Part shown: piece by piece, positions 41,229 through 50,603 of the stretch
Layout of the letters: each line of letters opens with the position of its first letter
Position numbering within the stretch: position 1 is the first letter of the stretch
Position numbers and translations under genes: made by a program
The notes under the pieces: generated by a model
Seen by the model: the letters and a program-made list of their open reading frames with translations, nothing else
Database searches by the model: none
What the model was told of the DNA's origin: nothing
Assembly (NCBI GenBank): GCA_047285535.1
Contig: JBJBDC010000001.1
Location: 672,136-736,135 of the forward strand
DNA: 64,000 nucleotides
Direction: 5' to 3'
From: Synechococcus sp.
Lineage (GTDB): Bacteria > Cyanobacteriota > Cyanobacteriia > PCC-6307 > Cyanobiaceae

Positions 41229-43190
41229 TCAGGCAGCCACAAGCCAGCGGCCAGCGAAACCAAGAAGAAGCAAGGTCGCCGCTGCGATCATCCAGCGCAC
41301 ACGATTAAGGGCCAACAATCGACGTGTCAGCACCACGCTGGTGACCCAGCCGAACGCGACAACCAAGGTCTGACAAAACCCGAGCACATGGGGATCGGCA
41401 GACCAACGAGGCCAACCAGTGGGCAGCAGGGTGCCTGCCTCCAGCAGGCCAAGAGGCAGGTGCCGCGCCAGAAGCAGAGCCCAGAGAAGGGGCAGTGCTG
41501 CATACAGCCAACGACGATTCAGCCACAATCCAACAAACGCAGGGATGGCCAAGGCAAACAAAGCAATGCTCAGTCGCGGAAGCAGGGGCCCCTCATGCAA
41601 GGAAGCCGGAGCCATCGGCAACCAACCCAACAGCCTTTGCCAATGATGCAGGGTGATCCCTCCGGCCAGCACAAGGATCAGACCAGGTTCTCCATGCGGC
41701 TGATGCAGTCCGGCATGAATATCAGCGGCAGGGGGTCTTAGCCGTAGCTGCACGGATCGGTTAGGGCAGGCTTGGGTACAGGTCATACAGAGCACACAGT
41801 TGCGGTTGTCGCTCAGGTGAGCTGGATGGGTACCGAGGGGACAGCCTGCAGTGGCAAGTCCTTCACCTTCGGCAGGACCTCCCCTAAAGCAGGCATAACT
41901 GCTGCAACTGCCACTGCAAGTCCCTGCTTCCGCTCGCAATTCCAGGATCGAGAGCTTGGCGAACAAACCATTCATACCTCCTACAGGACAGAGATAGCGG
42001 CACCAGTAGCGCTTCTCGAATATCAGGGAGCCCACCACCGCGCCAGCGGTAATGACCAGCAGCAGACAGCTGCTGAGCCAGGCAGTGTTATCCAGGTTCC
42101 AGACCTCCTCCCAGATCAGAATCATGGCGAAGCCTGCCGCCAGAAGAGGAGAGGCCCAGCGGTCACTGTCTTGATGGGGCCAGGGGCGGGGACGCCAGGG
42201 TGCAATCCACTGGGCGATCCTCCCCCACACCATGAACGGACAAATGGCGCACCAAAGCCTGCCGACGAAGGGATAGGTCAGCAGGATCAGGGGCCACCAC
42301 CACGCCCAGAAAAGATTCAAGGCAGGATTGAGAGGGCGTGTCTGAGGCCCAATCCATAGGACCAGATTCACAGCGACGAACACCCAGCTCACCAGACCGA
42401 ACAACAGGCTGTTCCAGAGCACAGGCGCCCTCATCCACTCACGCAGCTTCGGCCTCCAGCGCCATAGGTCGAAGCGAGCCTTTCGTTGGGGATTGCCTGT
42501 CCAGAAGACTTCCTCAGGCAAAGAGGCAGGAAGGGCCTCGAGGTTCTCAAGCCGAACCTGACGCAAGGCTCGCTCAACCAGAGCTTCCAGCTCGCTCAGA
42601 TTGTTCGCAAAGTCATGGTTCTGTAGACGACGCACTACCTCTTCAGGAACTGCAGGAGGCGTAGACCAGCCCAGCCCGGGGCTTTGCAGCCTCAGGTCGT
42701 AGCGCAGCCAGTCTCCAAGGTCGGCACGACGCACACGCAGCGGTGGCACCCGGATCACCTGACAAACCGAATCAAGTGTCGGATCGGTGGTTTCGCTGGT
42801 GAACAGCATTCGACCGCTGAACCCCGTTTGCTCACATCGAGCCATCGCCAGCAAGCGTTGTTGCAGATTCGAATCGATCCGATCCACGCCGCTCACCAAC
42901 AGGGAGTTCTCGCCCAGTGCATCAAGCAGCTCCACGCCACTGCCTTTCAAATCAGTGGCAGTCAGACGAACCAGTAACCGGCGGCGTTCACTGGAGCCGT
43001 AGTGGATCAAAGCAGCGAGGTTGTCCTTCTGTAACCCTGGTTCGCCGCGAATCATCAGCGGTCTGCGCTCCTGATCATGGGAACTGTCAATCAGGCTCTG
43101 GCGCAGACGGCAGGCATATCGGCTTGATCCCACCACACCGCGGCGGGGGCGGCCGATCACGTAGGTGGACAGTTCCTTCAGGGATGCCAA
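41229..43190 (-). CDS. Sigma54-activator-like AAA domain fused to a membrane 4Fe-4S (NapH/MauN-like) domain
   Basis: VVGSS...GEPGLQKD, VPPLRVRRADL, HDFANNLSEL; then TM helices with CAICP, CRYLCP and CVLCMTCTQACP. Confidence 0.85.
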   Translation of the reverse strand: MASLKELSTYVIGRPRRGVVGSSRYACRLRQSLIDSSHDQERRPLMIRGEPGLQKDNLAALIHYGSSERRRLLVRLTATDLKGSGVELLDALGENSLLVSGVDRIDSNLQQRLLAMARCEQTGFSGRMLFTSETTDPTLDSVCQVIRVPPLRVRRADLGDWLRYDLRLQSPGLGWSTPPAVPEEVVRRLQNHDFANNLSELEALVERALRQVRLENLEALPASLPEEVFWTGNPQRKARFDLWRWRPKLREWMRAPVLWNSLLFGLVSWVFVAVNLVLWIGPQTRPLNPALNLFWAWWWPLILLTYPFVGRLWCAICPFMVWGRIAQWIAPWRPRPWPHQDSDRWASPLLAAGFAMILIWEEVWNLDNTAWLSSCLLLVITAGAVVGSLIFEKRYWCRYLCPVGGMNGLFAKLSILELRAEAGTCSGSCSSYACFRGGPAEGEGLATAGCPLGTHPAHLSDNRNCVLCMTCTQACPNRSVQLRLRPPAADIHAGLHQPHGEPGLILVLAGGITLHHWQRLLGWLPMAPASLHEGPLLPRLSIALFALAIPAFVGLWLNRRWLYAALPLLWALLLARHLPLGLLEAGTLLPTGWPRWSADPHVLGFCQTLVVAFGWVTSVVLTRRLLALNRVRWMIAAATLLLLGFAGRWLVAA

Positions 43191-43457
43191 GGAATCAACT
43201 ACCTAAGTTAGTTGAGAGCTGACTGGTTGATGACGACCGAAATCTCCAACAGGATCGAGCAGAACAAGCGCAGATAAGCCTTTGCGCTGTACCCGATTCT
43301 CAGATGGTTGAACCATTGGGAAAACCATGATCAAGCGCGATGGATAGCAATAGTGACAAAATGTTCTTCTCCATCAACGCCACATCATTGAGACTCTCCA
43401 CAGGTGAAACACCCAAGGACAAGACCGTAAATCTAACAACATCTAGTGCAGAATTAT

Positions 43458-43547
43458 ATCTGAATGGTTCCATCAGAGACCTTCCATCAGAACAGCTGCA
43501 TCGGAACACCTCCATCGGAAACCTGCGATCGGAGGCGTGGCATCTGA
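43458..43547. repeat. Seven-unit 14-bp periodic array (ATCNGA + 8 variable nt)
   Basis: ATCNGA starts at 43458, 43472, 43486, 43500, 43514, 43528 and 43542. Confidence 0.85.
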
Positions 43548-43812
43548 AACCAAATATAATGACCTAGCGACTAGAACACAATTACAAAAATTTCAAGTCA
43601 AGCAATGCTCAATCGAAGCAATCATAATATATCTTCCCAGGCATTTCGACATCAATTAATGCAATAACAGCAAAAATCAAATGCGCAATAATACAACCAA
43701 TAGCGAGCACAACAAGCCATATGAATCCGGAATTAATTCACACCACTAAATCACATATTCATTCCATCTATTGACTCCAGTGGCATGGTTCATCACATGC
43801 ATTAGCACGTCG

Positions 43813-44613
43813 TCACTCAGCAAACTTACCGGAACGTTGTGTTACGACTTTTGGCCAGAGAAGGCTAAAGGCTGGATCCCGCAGGCCAAAAACAGTGTCA
43901 AGAACTTCACAGAATTGGTCTGCATTGTTGATGAGTATCTTCTCCCGACCCGGAAGCATAAGCACCCTGCCAATCAACACTTTCATTCCTTGACTGATTT
44001 CTGGTTGCATACAGATCAGGTTCTTTCGAAAAATGGAGTTGGCATCGGCCTGGAGCCGTCGACAAGTCCGTTCCAAAAGCTGTTCATCTGCAGGGTGTGC
44101 AGGCAGAAAATCAAAATCAGAGGGGACATGTCCTGGATGATTATGAAATCGCCAAAATCCGTGTTCAAGTCGTTCCAACTGATACGTACGATCAGATTGA
44201 ATCTGCTCACCTTCCACCAGCCTTAAGGGCTCAAGTATTCCGTCTCCAATGCCAGTATCAGCAATCATCTGTTCATCAAAATCAACACGAAGGACAAGAT
44301 GATTTCCCATGGTCACATCACCCATCAGCGAACGTGACATACCGGCCTGAACTCTCGTCACCTTAAATCCAATCGTCTCAAGAGCCCAAGACAGAAGACC
44401 ATTCATTTCATAACACCAACCACCACGATGCCGTTCAACAATTTTTTCAAAGATATGCTGAGAATTGAGATCAAGAGGCCGTTCTAGATGAACATCAAGA
44501 TTTTCATAAGGAATCTTCAAAAGATGCTGTTTGTGGATGCCACAGAGGCATTCGCATGTGGGCTCCACCGGACCAGTATAGTCAATTCTCTCTAAATAAT
44601 CCTTAATTTGCAT
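43813..44613 (-). CDS. Arylamine N-acetyltransferase
   Basis: YLERI, IPYENLD, RGGWCYEMNGL (catalytic Cys), NHLVL and ADTGIG motifs. Confidence 0.93.
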   Translation of the reverse strand: MQIKDYLERIDYTGPVEPTCECLCGIHKQHLLKIPYENLDVHLERPLDLNSQHIFEKIVERHRGGWCYEMNGLLSWALETIGFKVTRVQAGMSRSLMGDVTMGNHLVLRVDFDEQMIADTGIGDGILEPLRLVEGEQIQSDRTYQLERLEHGFWRFHNHPGHVPSDFDFLPAHPADEQLLERTCRRLQADANSIFRKNLICMQPEISQGMKVLIGRVLMLPGREKILINNADQFCEVLDTVFGLRDPAFSLLWPKVVTQRSGKFAE

Positions 44614-45113
44614 TATTCGTATGTTTCCATTTTGTTGTCGTTATCAAGTCAGTAACTCCTTGATTGGATACAGATCTTTGCTGTGGAAATATAGCCAGAA
44701 ATGAGTCAAAGAGAAACCTCGCCATCACTGCTCAGCATGAGCATCTCCGAAGCAAGTCACTTGCTCGGTAGACTTGAGAATAAGGCATGATTCATATCAA
44801 TCAGTTTAGCCAAAGGACAACACAGACACAATGATCTTTAGAGACCAGGGACTGTATCGGGGGTTGATCATTCTCCTCATCAGAACACAACGGTCAATGC
44901 GTTCAGAGTGACGATCTGATCTACTAGTGAAGGGTAGTCTTAAGTTTACTGATCACGATTCAACTGCTAGGCAAAAAGTCCATGCAGTCGCTCCATCCAT
45001 CACCAATGTTGAGCAACAGATGGAGTCGAATGATGAGAATGTCCCAAGACCGGTCCCATTGGTGCTGTCAACTCGTGTTCAGTTGTGATGTCACCAAAGA
45101 ATGGGGCCTGTCT

Positions 45114-48100
45114 TCAAGTCAACAGAATTTGCTCGAGGCCAATTTGCCCAGTCCGAATTTCGACGGCCAGATCGGTCCCAATGGCAGACAGCATCCATGA
45201 GCTTGGATTCATCTGCTCTAACTGGATGACATCTGCAGCCAAGTTGAGGGCGCTCAGGTCGATTCGATCATCAGCGGCGAAGCCAATGATTTCGTCTGGA
45301 TTGACCCAAGTTGAATCATTGATTGATTGGAAAACAAAGGAGTCAACACCATCTCCTCCGACGAGGTGATCCCCTCCCAATCCCCCGATCAATGTGTCGT
45401 TCCCTTCCAGAGCCTCCATTCGGTCATCGGCATCTGTTCCGATCAATACATCCACCCCTGGAGTACCAAGAATGGGAAGCATGGCAAGATCACTGGAATA
45501 GGGCTGGGAGATCCCTGTAGGAATCGGGCGCACCGCATTACCGTCAATCCCGGCAAACAGAGGTGTGTTTTGCAGAGCATCCACTTCTCTCCTTGCAAAC
45601 CCATCCACCTGCTGACCATTGGGAGCCGTCTCCTCCCATGGAAGGTGGATGTGGTCGGCATGCATGCTCCACCCCGGAGCGAATCCAGCTTCATCATTTC
45701 GGAAACTGAGATCTACCTCGCTGGCCTCTCGAAGCCGTCGATTCAGTTCACTGCCCTCTTCAGGCAGATTCATGTAATCGGAGCTCACCAGATGCAGATT
45801 GTTGTCGATACGGCCGTAGTGAATCTGAAGCTGAAGTTGGGGGATCAATAGGGGGTGCTCATCCGAACCAGCACCGAAGGCGAGATGACTTTTATGGTCA
45901 CTGCTATCGAGCTGTTCGCCATTCCAGTGGTCCTGAAAGAGAAGCACAGCCTGCAGGGGGAGATCACGCCACTCATCACCGAGCGGAATGTGGTCATAGG
46001 AAGCAGATTCACCGATGTAATTCCAAAACACCTGGGCTCTGGATTGCCTCTCCATGGGGCGTGCTGATCCAGTAATCATTTTCAGTCCGGTGGGCATATT
46101 CACCAGCTGATTAGGATCATTGGGCGACAGCACGCTGTAGTAGGCAATCGATGTGGCCTTTGGGGTGATGTAGCTCCATTCACCTCCAAGTCCATCCGCT
46201 CCCTCATCGATCAGGCTGGGAGCCCAGTAGGTGGAGAGATTATTACTGGGTTGTGCTGCGGTACTGCCGGCAGCCAGTAAAGAGCTGACCGTAGAGTTTT
46301 CATCCGTGCTGGTGTTCGCAAAGAAATCATGGGCATGCATGAAATTCGCATTTCCAGGGGCAACGATCGGATCGGCTGTGGCCCTGTGACTGAAGGCAAT
46401 GGTTGAGAGGAATTCCCCCTGAGAGAAACCCGTTACGTCGAAGGGATTGATCTGGTCAGGAGATGGTTGAGAAGCATTCGACTCGTTGGCTGTGCCAATC
46501 AACTGATCCCCATCCAGATCCTTCAGGAAGAGGATTTCATTGCTCGCCACTGGGGTGTCTCCAGGTCCCTCCTCTCCGATGAAATAACCATTGTCATCAA
46601 GGATCCAGCCGAAGTCGCCCCATTGCTGACTTCGATCGAGAACACGGAGACGACCCAGATCATCCACTGCCGCTGCAACAAGTTGAGCCTGCCCACGCTC
46701 AACTGGAACCTCATCGCTCCAGTAGTCGTCGTTTCGCTGGATCACCACTGGATCATCCTCGCCTTTCTGCACATAGGCCAGGCCTGTGCTCTCATCCACC
46801 AGCAGACGTGCGCTACCGGAATCTGAGATCAACGTCAGATTCAGATTCAAGGTTGAATCTGTCTCAGGTGGAGATGGTGGAGGTGATTGATCAGCGATCG
46901 GCTCAAGATCTGTGGATACTTCTTCTGTGCCAATCAACTGATCCCCATCCAGATCCTTCAGGAAGAGGATTTCATTGCTCGCCACTGTGGTGTCTCCAGG
47001 TCCCTCCTCTCCGATGAAATAACCATTGTCATCAAGGATCCAGCCGAAGTCGCCCCATTGCTGACTTCGATCGAGAACACGGAGACGACCCAGATCATCC
47101 ACTGCCGCTGCAACAAGTTGAGCCTGCCCACGCTCAACTGGAACCTCATCGCTCCAGTAGTCGTCGTTTCGCTGGATCACCACTGGATCATCCTCGCCTT
47201 TCTGCACATAGGCCAGGCCTGTGCTCTCATCCACCAGCAGACGTGCGCTACCGGAATCTGAGATCAACGTCAGATTCAGATTCAAGGTTGAATCTGTCTC
47301 AGGTGGAGATGGTGGAGGTGATTGATCAGCGATCGGCTCAAGATCTGTGGATACTTCTTCTGTGCCAATCAACTGATCCCCATCCAGATCCTTCAGGAAG
47401 AGGATTTCATTGCTCGCCACTGTGGTGTCTCCAGGTCCCTCCTCTCCGATGAAATAACCATTGTCATCAAGGATCCAGCCGAAGTCGCCCCATTGCTGAC
47501 TTCGATCGAGAACACGGAGACGACCCAGATCATCCACTGCCGCTGCAACAAGTTGAGCCTGCCCACGCTCAACTGGAACCTCATCGCTCCAGTAGTCGTC
47601 GTTTCGCTGGATCACCACTGGATCATCCTCGCCTTTCTGCACATAGGCCAGGCCTGTGCTCTCATCCACCAGCAGACGTGCGCTACCGGAATCTGAGATC
47701 AACGTCAGATTCAGATTCAAGGTTGAATCTGTCGCAGGAGCTGAGATCAATAGAGAGTTGATACTCCCATCAAACTTTGCATTACCAAGGCCAAGTTCAT
47801 TGCCTTCAGTGAACAGCCCCCAGTAATCATCAGGGCCTTTCCATGATTCATCACTAAAATTAAAATAAAACATATTATCAAAAACTGCCGCATCACTGGC
47901 GATGTATTGGTCAACATTTTGGAAATAAGTTTCCATATTGATGGCGTTGGTGACTTCCTCTGCATAACCGCCGCTTTGCCATCCTGTTTCACCCAAAATC
48001 AATGGCGTATCATTAAGATTGAAGCCATCTAGAACACTACGGAACAAAGCTTCATCTGTTTTTAAGACCTCCAATTGGCGTTGAGGCGTCCATTCAGGAT

Positions 48101-49088
48101 TCAATCGATTATCAAAAAAACCTGCATACGAATGCACATTGATGTAATCAAGATCCTGAAGAAGTGCTTCCCCTTGCTGGCTCCAGAAACTGCTTTCAGG
48201 CCTTAACGTTTCCCCCGCAAAATTATAAGTAATTAATAAATCACTGCGTTCACGAAACATCTGGACATGCTCGCGAACATCGGAAACCTGCAGAGCACTG
48301 GGATTCCAGTCAGCTAGTTGTTCATTCCCAAGGCTTAATCCCAGAATGTGTTGTTCATAAGGTTGAATAACGTCCAGGGCTTGGTCGATTAATTGCTCTG
48401 CATTACTTCCATTCGTGATATAAATCCCTGCCTGGACCTTCAGATCAAGATCCATCTGATCGATCGCCGCCAGGATTCGTCCTGTGTAGTCATTGGTTCC
48501 CCACGTGCGGATCGTGTCAAATCCCAGGGATGAGACCTCCTGAAGAGCCGATTCAAGCCGCTGCTGAGTGAGCCATTGCCCCTGCGAATCCACTGAAAAT
48601 CCGATTCCCCGGCGACCGTCCCAGAACTGTCTCGATGCTGCGTCCAGAATCGGAAAACTGTCTGATATTGCAGTCTCAGGTAATGCAGGGGTCGTGGATG
48701 AATCAGCACTGGCCTGAACAAGGTCTTCTGCAGAAGCATTAACAAATGGACTGATCAGATCTTCACCCATCACACTGAATTCCGTGGTGGCTGAAACCGC
48801 TGATCCGTCTGAAGCGCTCGCCACCACCACAAGACGGTACGTTCCTCCCGCTGGTGGAGAAACGGATAGTCGCCAGTGTCCATCAGAAGCAACAACCGAA
48901 CCTGTATGGCTCATCGCCTCCCCGAACTCACCATTCGGCCGCCAATATTGTCCGGACTCAAGGTGAAGAATCGACACCTCAACGGGAGTACCAATACTGC
49001 GACCTGGTAGTGAGCCGTATATACCTGTTGCGACGCCCGTCCACATGACAACGTCATCATTGGGCCAGATCAAAAGGTCTTGGATCAT
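45114..49088 (-). CDS. Large modular secreted protein: GH17-like glucanase + three ~145-aa repeats + DUF1996 + RTX C-terminus
   Basis: IRTW...LGNE...ILGETGW (GH-A catalytic Glu pair); DPIVAPG...HAHDFF...STYWAP (DUF1996); GNDTLIGGLGGDHLVGGDGVDSF...DRIDLS (T1SS-type tail). Confidence 0.85.
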   Translation of the reverse strand: MIQDLLIWPNDDVVMWTGVATGIYGSLPGRSIGTPVEVSILHLESGQYWRPNGEFGEAMSHTGSVVASDGHWRLSVSPPAGGTYRLVVVASASDGSAVSATTEFSVMGEDLISPFVNASAEDLVQASADSSTTPALPETAISDSFPILDAASRQFWDGRRGIGFSVDSQGQWLTQQRLESALQEVSSLGFDTIRTWGTNDYTGRILAAIDQMDLDLKVQAGIYITNGSNAEQLIDQALDVIQPYEQHILGLSLGNEQLADWNPSALQVSDVREHVQMFRERSDLLITYNFAGETLRPESSFWSQQGEALLQDLDYINVHSYAGFFDNRLNPEWTPQRQLEVLKTDEALFRSVLDGFNLNDTPLILGETGWQSGGYAEEVTNAINMETYFQNVDQYIASDAAVFDNMFYFNFSDESWKGPDDYWGLFTEGNELGLGNAKFDGSINSLLISAPATDSTLNLNLTLISDSGSARLLVDESTGLAYVQKGEDDPVVIQRNDDYWSDEVPVERGQAQLVAAAVDDLGRLRVLDRSQQWGDFGWILDDNGYFIGEEGPGDTTVASNEILFLKDLDGDQLIGTEEVSTDLEPIADQSPPPSPPETDSTLNLNLTLISDSGSARLLVDESTGLAYVQKGEDDPVVIQRNDDYWSDEVPVERGQAQLVAAAVDDLGRLRVLDRSQQWGDFGWILDDNGYFIGEEGPGDTTVASNEILFLKDLDGDQLIGTEEVSTDLEPIADQSPPPSPPETDSTLNLNLTLISDSGSARLLVDESTGLAYVQKGEDDPVVIQRNDDYWSDEVPVERGQAQLVAAAVDDLGRLRVLDRSQQWGDFGWILDDNGYFIGEEGPGDTPVASNEILFLKDLDGDQLIGTANESNASQPSPDQINPFDVTGFSQGEFLSTIAFSHRATADPIVAPGNANFMHAHDFFANTSTDENSTVSSLLAAGSTAAQPSNNLSTYWAPSLIDEGADGLGGEWSYITPKATSIAYYSVLSPNDPNQLVNMPTGLKMITGSARPMERQSRAQVFWNYIGESASYDHIPLGDEWRDLPLQAVLLFQDHWNGEQLDSSDHKSHLAFGAGSDEHPLLIPQLQLQIHYGRIDNNLHLVSSDYMNLPEEGSELNRRLREASEVDLSFRNDEAGFAPGWSMHADHIHLPWEETAPNGQQVDGFARREVDALQNTPLFAGIDGNAVRPIPTGISQPYSSDLAMLPILGTPGVDVLIGTDADDRMEALEGNDTLIGGLGGDHLVGGDGVDSFVFQSINDSTWVNPDEIIGFAADDRIDLSALNLAADVIQLEQMNPSSWMLSAIGTDLAVEIRTGQIGLEQILLT
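46491..47733. repeat. 435-bp tandem repeat, about 2.9 near-identical copies
   Basis: tgtgccaatcaactgatcccc recurs at 46491, 46926 and 47361; identical shadow ORFs recur at a 435-bp period. Confidence 0.96.
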
Positions 49089-49371
49089 GCATCTGCGTGG
49101 ATCAAGGCCACGAGAACAACATCCTCACGTTGCGCCCATCTGAAGACGAAGATCTGACTCAATCCTTGAAACGTATGACTGAATTTGACCAGAGACATCA
49201 ACCGAAAAGCCTGCCCCTGCGACAGGGCAAAAGAGGTCGATGGATCAAAAGCTGATCAAATGATCTCGAAGCGGGCTGAGACGACACAAGATCGGCAAAT
49301 GTCTTGAATTTGGCTCAAATTGATAGCTAAGTATCTACATACGGCAACTAGGTGTACCGGCTTTGGTACAG

Positions 49372-50094
49372 CTAAACAGCGCCAGACAGCACCAGTTGCC
49401 TTGGTTGTGCACCAGCCGATTGAAGTGACGAGAGAGGGTCAAGACTGACCAACAGTTGCGATGCAGCGTCTGTGGGTTGGGATGGAATCATCATGACTAC
49501 GTTGCCGCCCTTGTCGGGATGGAAGAGTACACAGCCTTTTATCCCATCAGGTGTGACTGCCCAGAGGCGATAGAGTCGTCCCTCCGGTGCTTGAGGGAGA
49601 CGATTTAAAGTGAGGAGATTGCTTGGTTGACCCGGGCGGATGAGCACCTCTCCAAAAACATTTTGCATCTCTCCATCTGTCGTTGCATGCAGCGACACGG
49701 CTTGATCGGCTGGATGTCGTGCCATCAATGGGTGTTCAGATTGCAGCCTGGCCAGCTGAAGCTTGGAACGATATAGCTCTCCACCGGTAACGGCGAGAAG
49801 CAAGAGCAGGCCTCCAATCAGCCAATTTTTTGGAGTCACTGTATGGCTTCGACGTGCTGACTCAAGTAGCCGTTCCCGCACAGCATCCGATAGAGGAGGA
49901 GCCACATGGTGTTCCAATCGACTCTGCGTTGTGATCAGTTCCTGCAGCTGGGATTGTTCCTCAGCTGACAATGGCCCGCCGCCGGACAGAGCGATCTTTT
50001 CCTCAGGACTCAGGTTGCCGAGCACCTTGCCAGCGAGCAATTCATCGCGCTTGATGCCGTCTTCGGGGTCGTAGAAGCGTGCTTGAGGCATCAA
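49372..50094 (-). CDS. Anti-sigma factor (RskA-like)
   Basis: N-terminal ELLAGKVLGNLSPEE, single TM helix, C-terminal LPQAPEGRLYRLWA...LVSLDP; overlaps the sigma stop. Confidence 0.85.
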   Translation of the reverse strand: MMPQARFYDPEDGIKRDELLAGKVLGNLSPEEKIALSGGGPLSAEEQSQLQELITTQSRLEHHVAPPLSDAVRERLLESARRSHTVTPKNWLIGGLLLLLAVTGGELYRSKLQLARLQSEHPLMARHPADQAVSLHATTDGEMQNVFGEVLIRPGQPSNLLTLNRLPQAPEGRLYRLWAVTPDGIKGCVLFHPDKGGNVVMMIPSQPTDAASQLLVSLDPLSSLQSAGAQPRQLVLSGAV

Positions 50095-50603
50095 CTCTCC
50101 TCCTGGGAGGCAAGGGCATTGCGCAGTTTGAGCAAAGCCCTTCGGCTGATGCTCTTGACCGTTCCAAGAGGCAGTTGCAGCGCGGCTGCAATGGCACTCT
50201 GGCTGATCTCTTGGCGATAGTTCATGGTGAGAATCTGTTGTTCACGGGTTGAGAGCTCGGCCAGGGCCCGTTCGAGACTGACGCAAGTATCAACAGCCTG
50301 AAGATCAATGGGATCGTGCTGACCATGGCCAGGGCGGAAGCTCTCGAGAATTTGGCGACGGTTGCGTCGTTTCTTGATCCTGTTGATACCCATTGATCTC
50401 GTGAGCAACAGCAGGTAATGACGGATGGACCCACGATCCGGATTGAAGCCACCGCGCTGAAGACGGAGAAACACGTCATGGGTGAGATCCTCAGCCTCCT
50501 GTCGTTGAGACAGAAGGCTGAAGGCAAGACGGTGCACCGCAGCGGCATGATCGTCGTACAGGCGGGCCAGTTCTTCCGGGCTGATGGCATCCTTAGAACT
50601 CAC
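50091..50603 (-). CDS. ECF sigma-70 factor (SigK-like); start reassigned to GTG 50603
   Basis: LARLYD, EAEDLTHDVF, region 4 IAAALQLPLGTVKS; GTG overlaps the ccdA stop (GTGA). Confidence 0.9.
   Translation of the reverse strand: MSSKDAISPEELARLYDDHAAAVHRLAFSLLSQRQEAEDLTHDVFLRLQRGGFNPDRGSIRHYLLLLTRSMGINRIKKRRNRRQILESFRPGHGQHDPIDLQAVDTCVSLERALAELSTREQQILTMNYRQEISQSAIAAALQLPLGTVKSISRRALLKLRNALASQEES

Noticed and set aside
43458..43547. 14-bp array as a CRISPR
   Set aside because: A 6-bp motif with 8-nt spacers is far too short, and no cas genes are present
46491..47733. 435-bp repeats as IS/MITE copies, and the repeated shadow ORFs as genes
   Set aside because: The repeats are in frame within one long CDS, with no terminal inverted repeats or transposase
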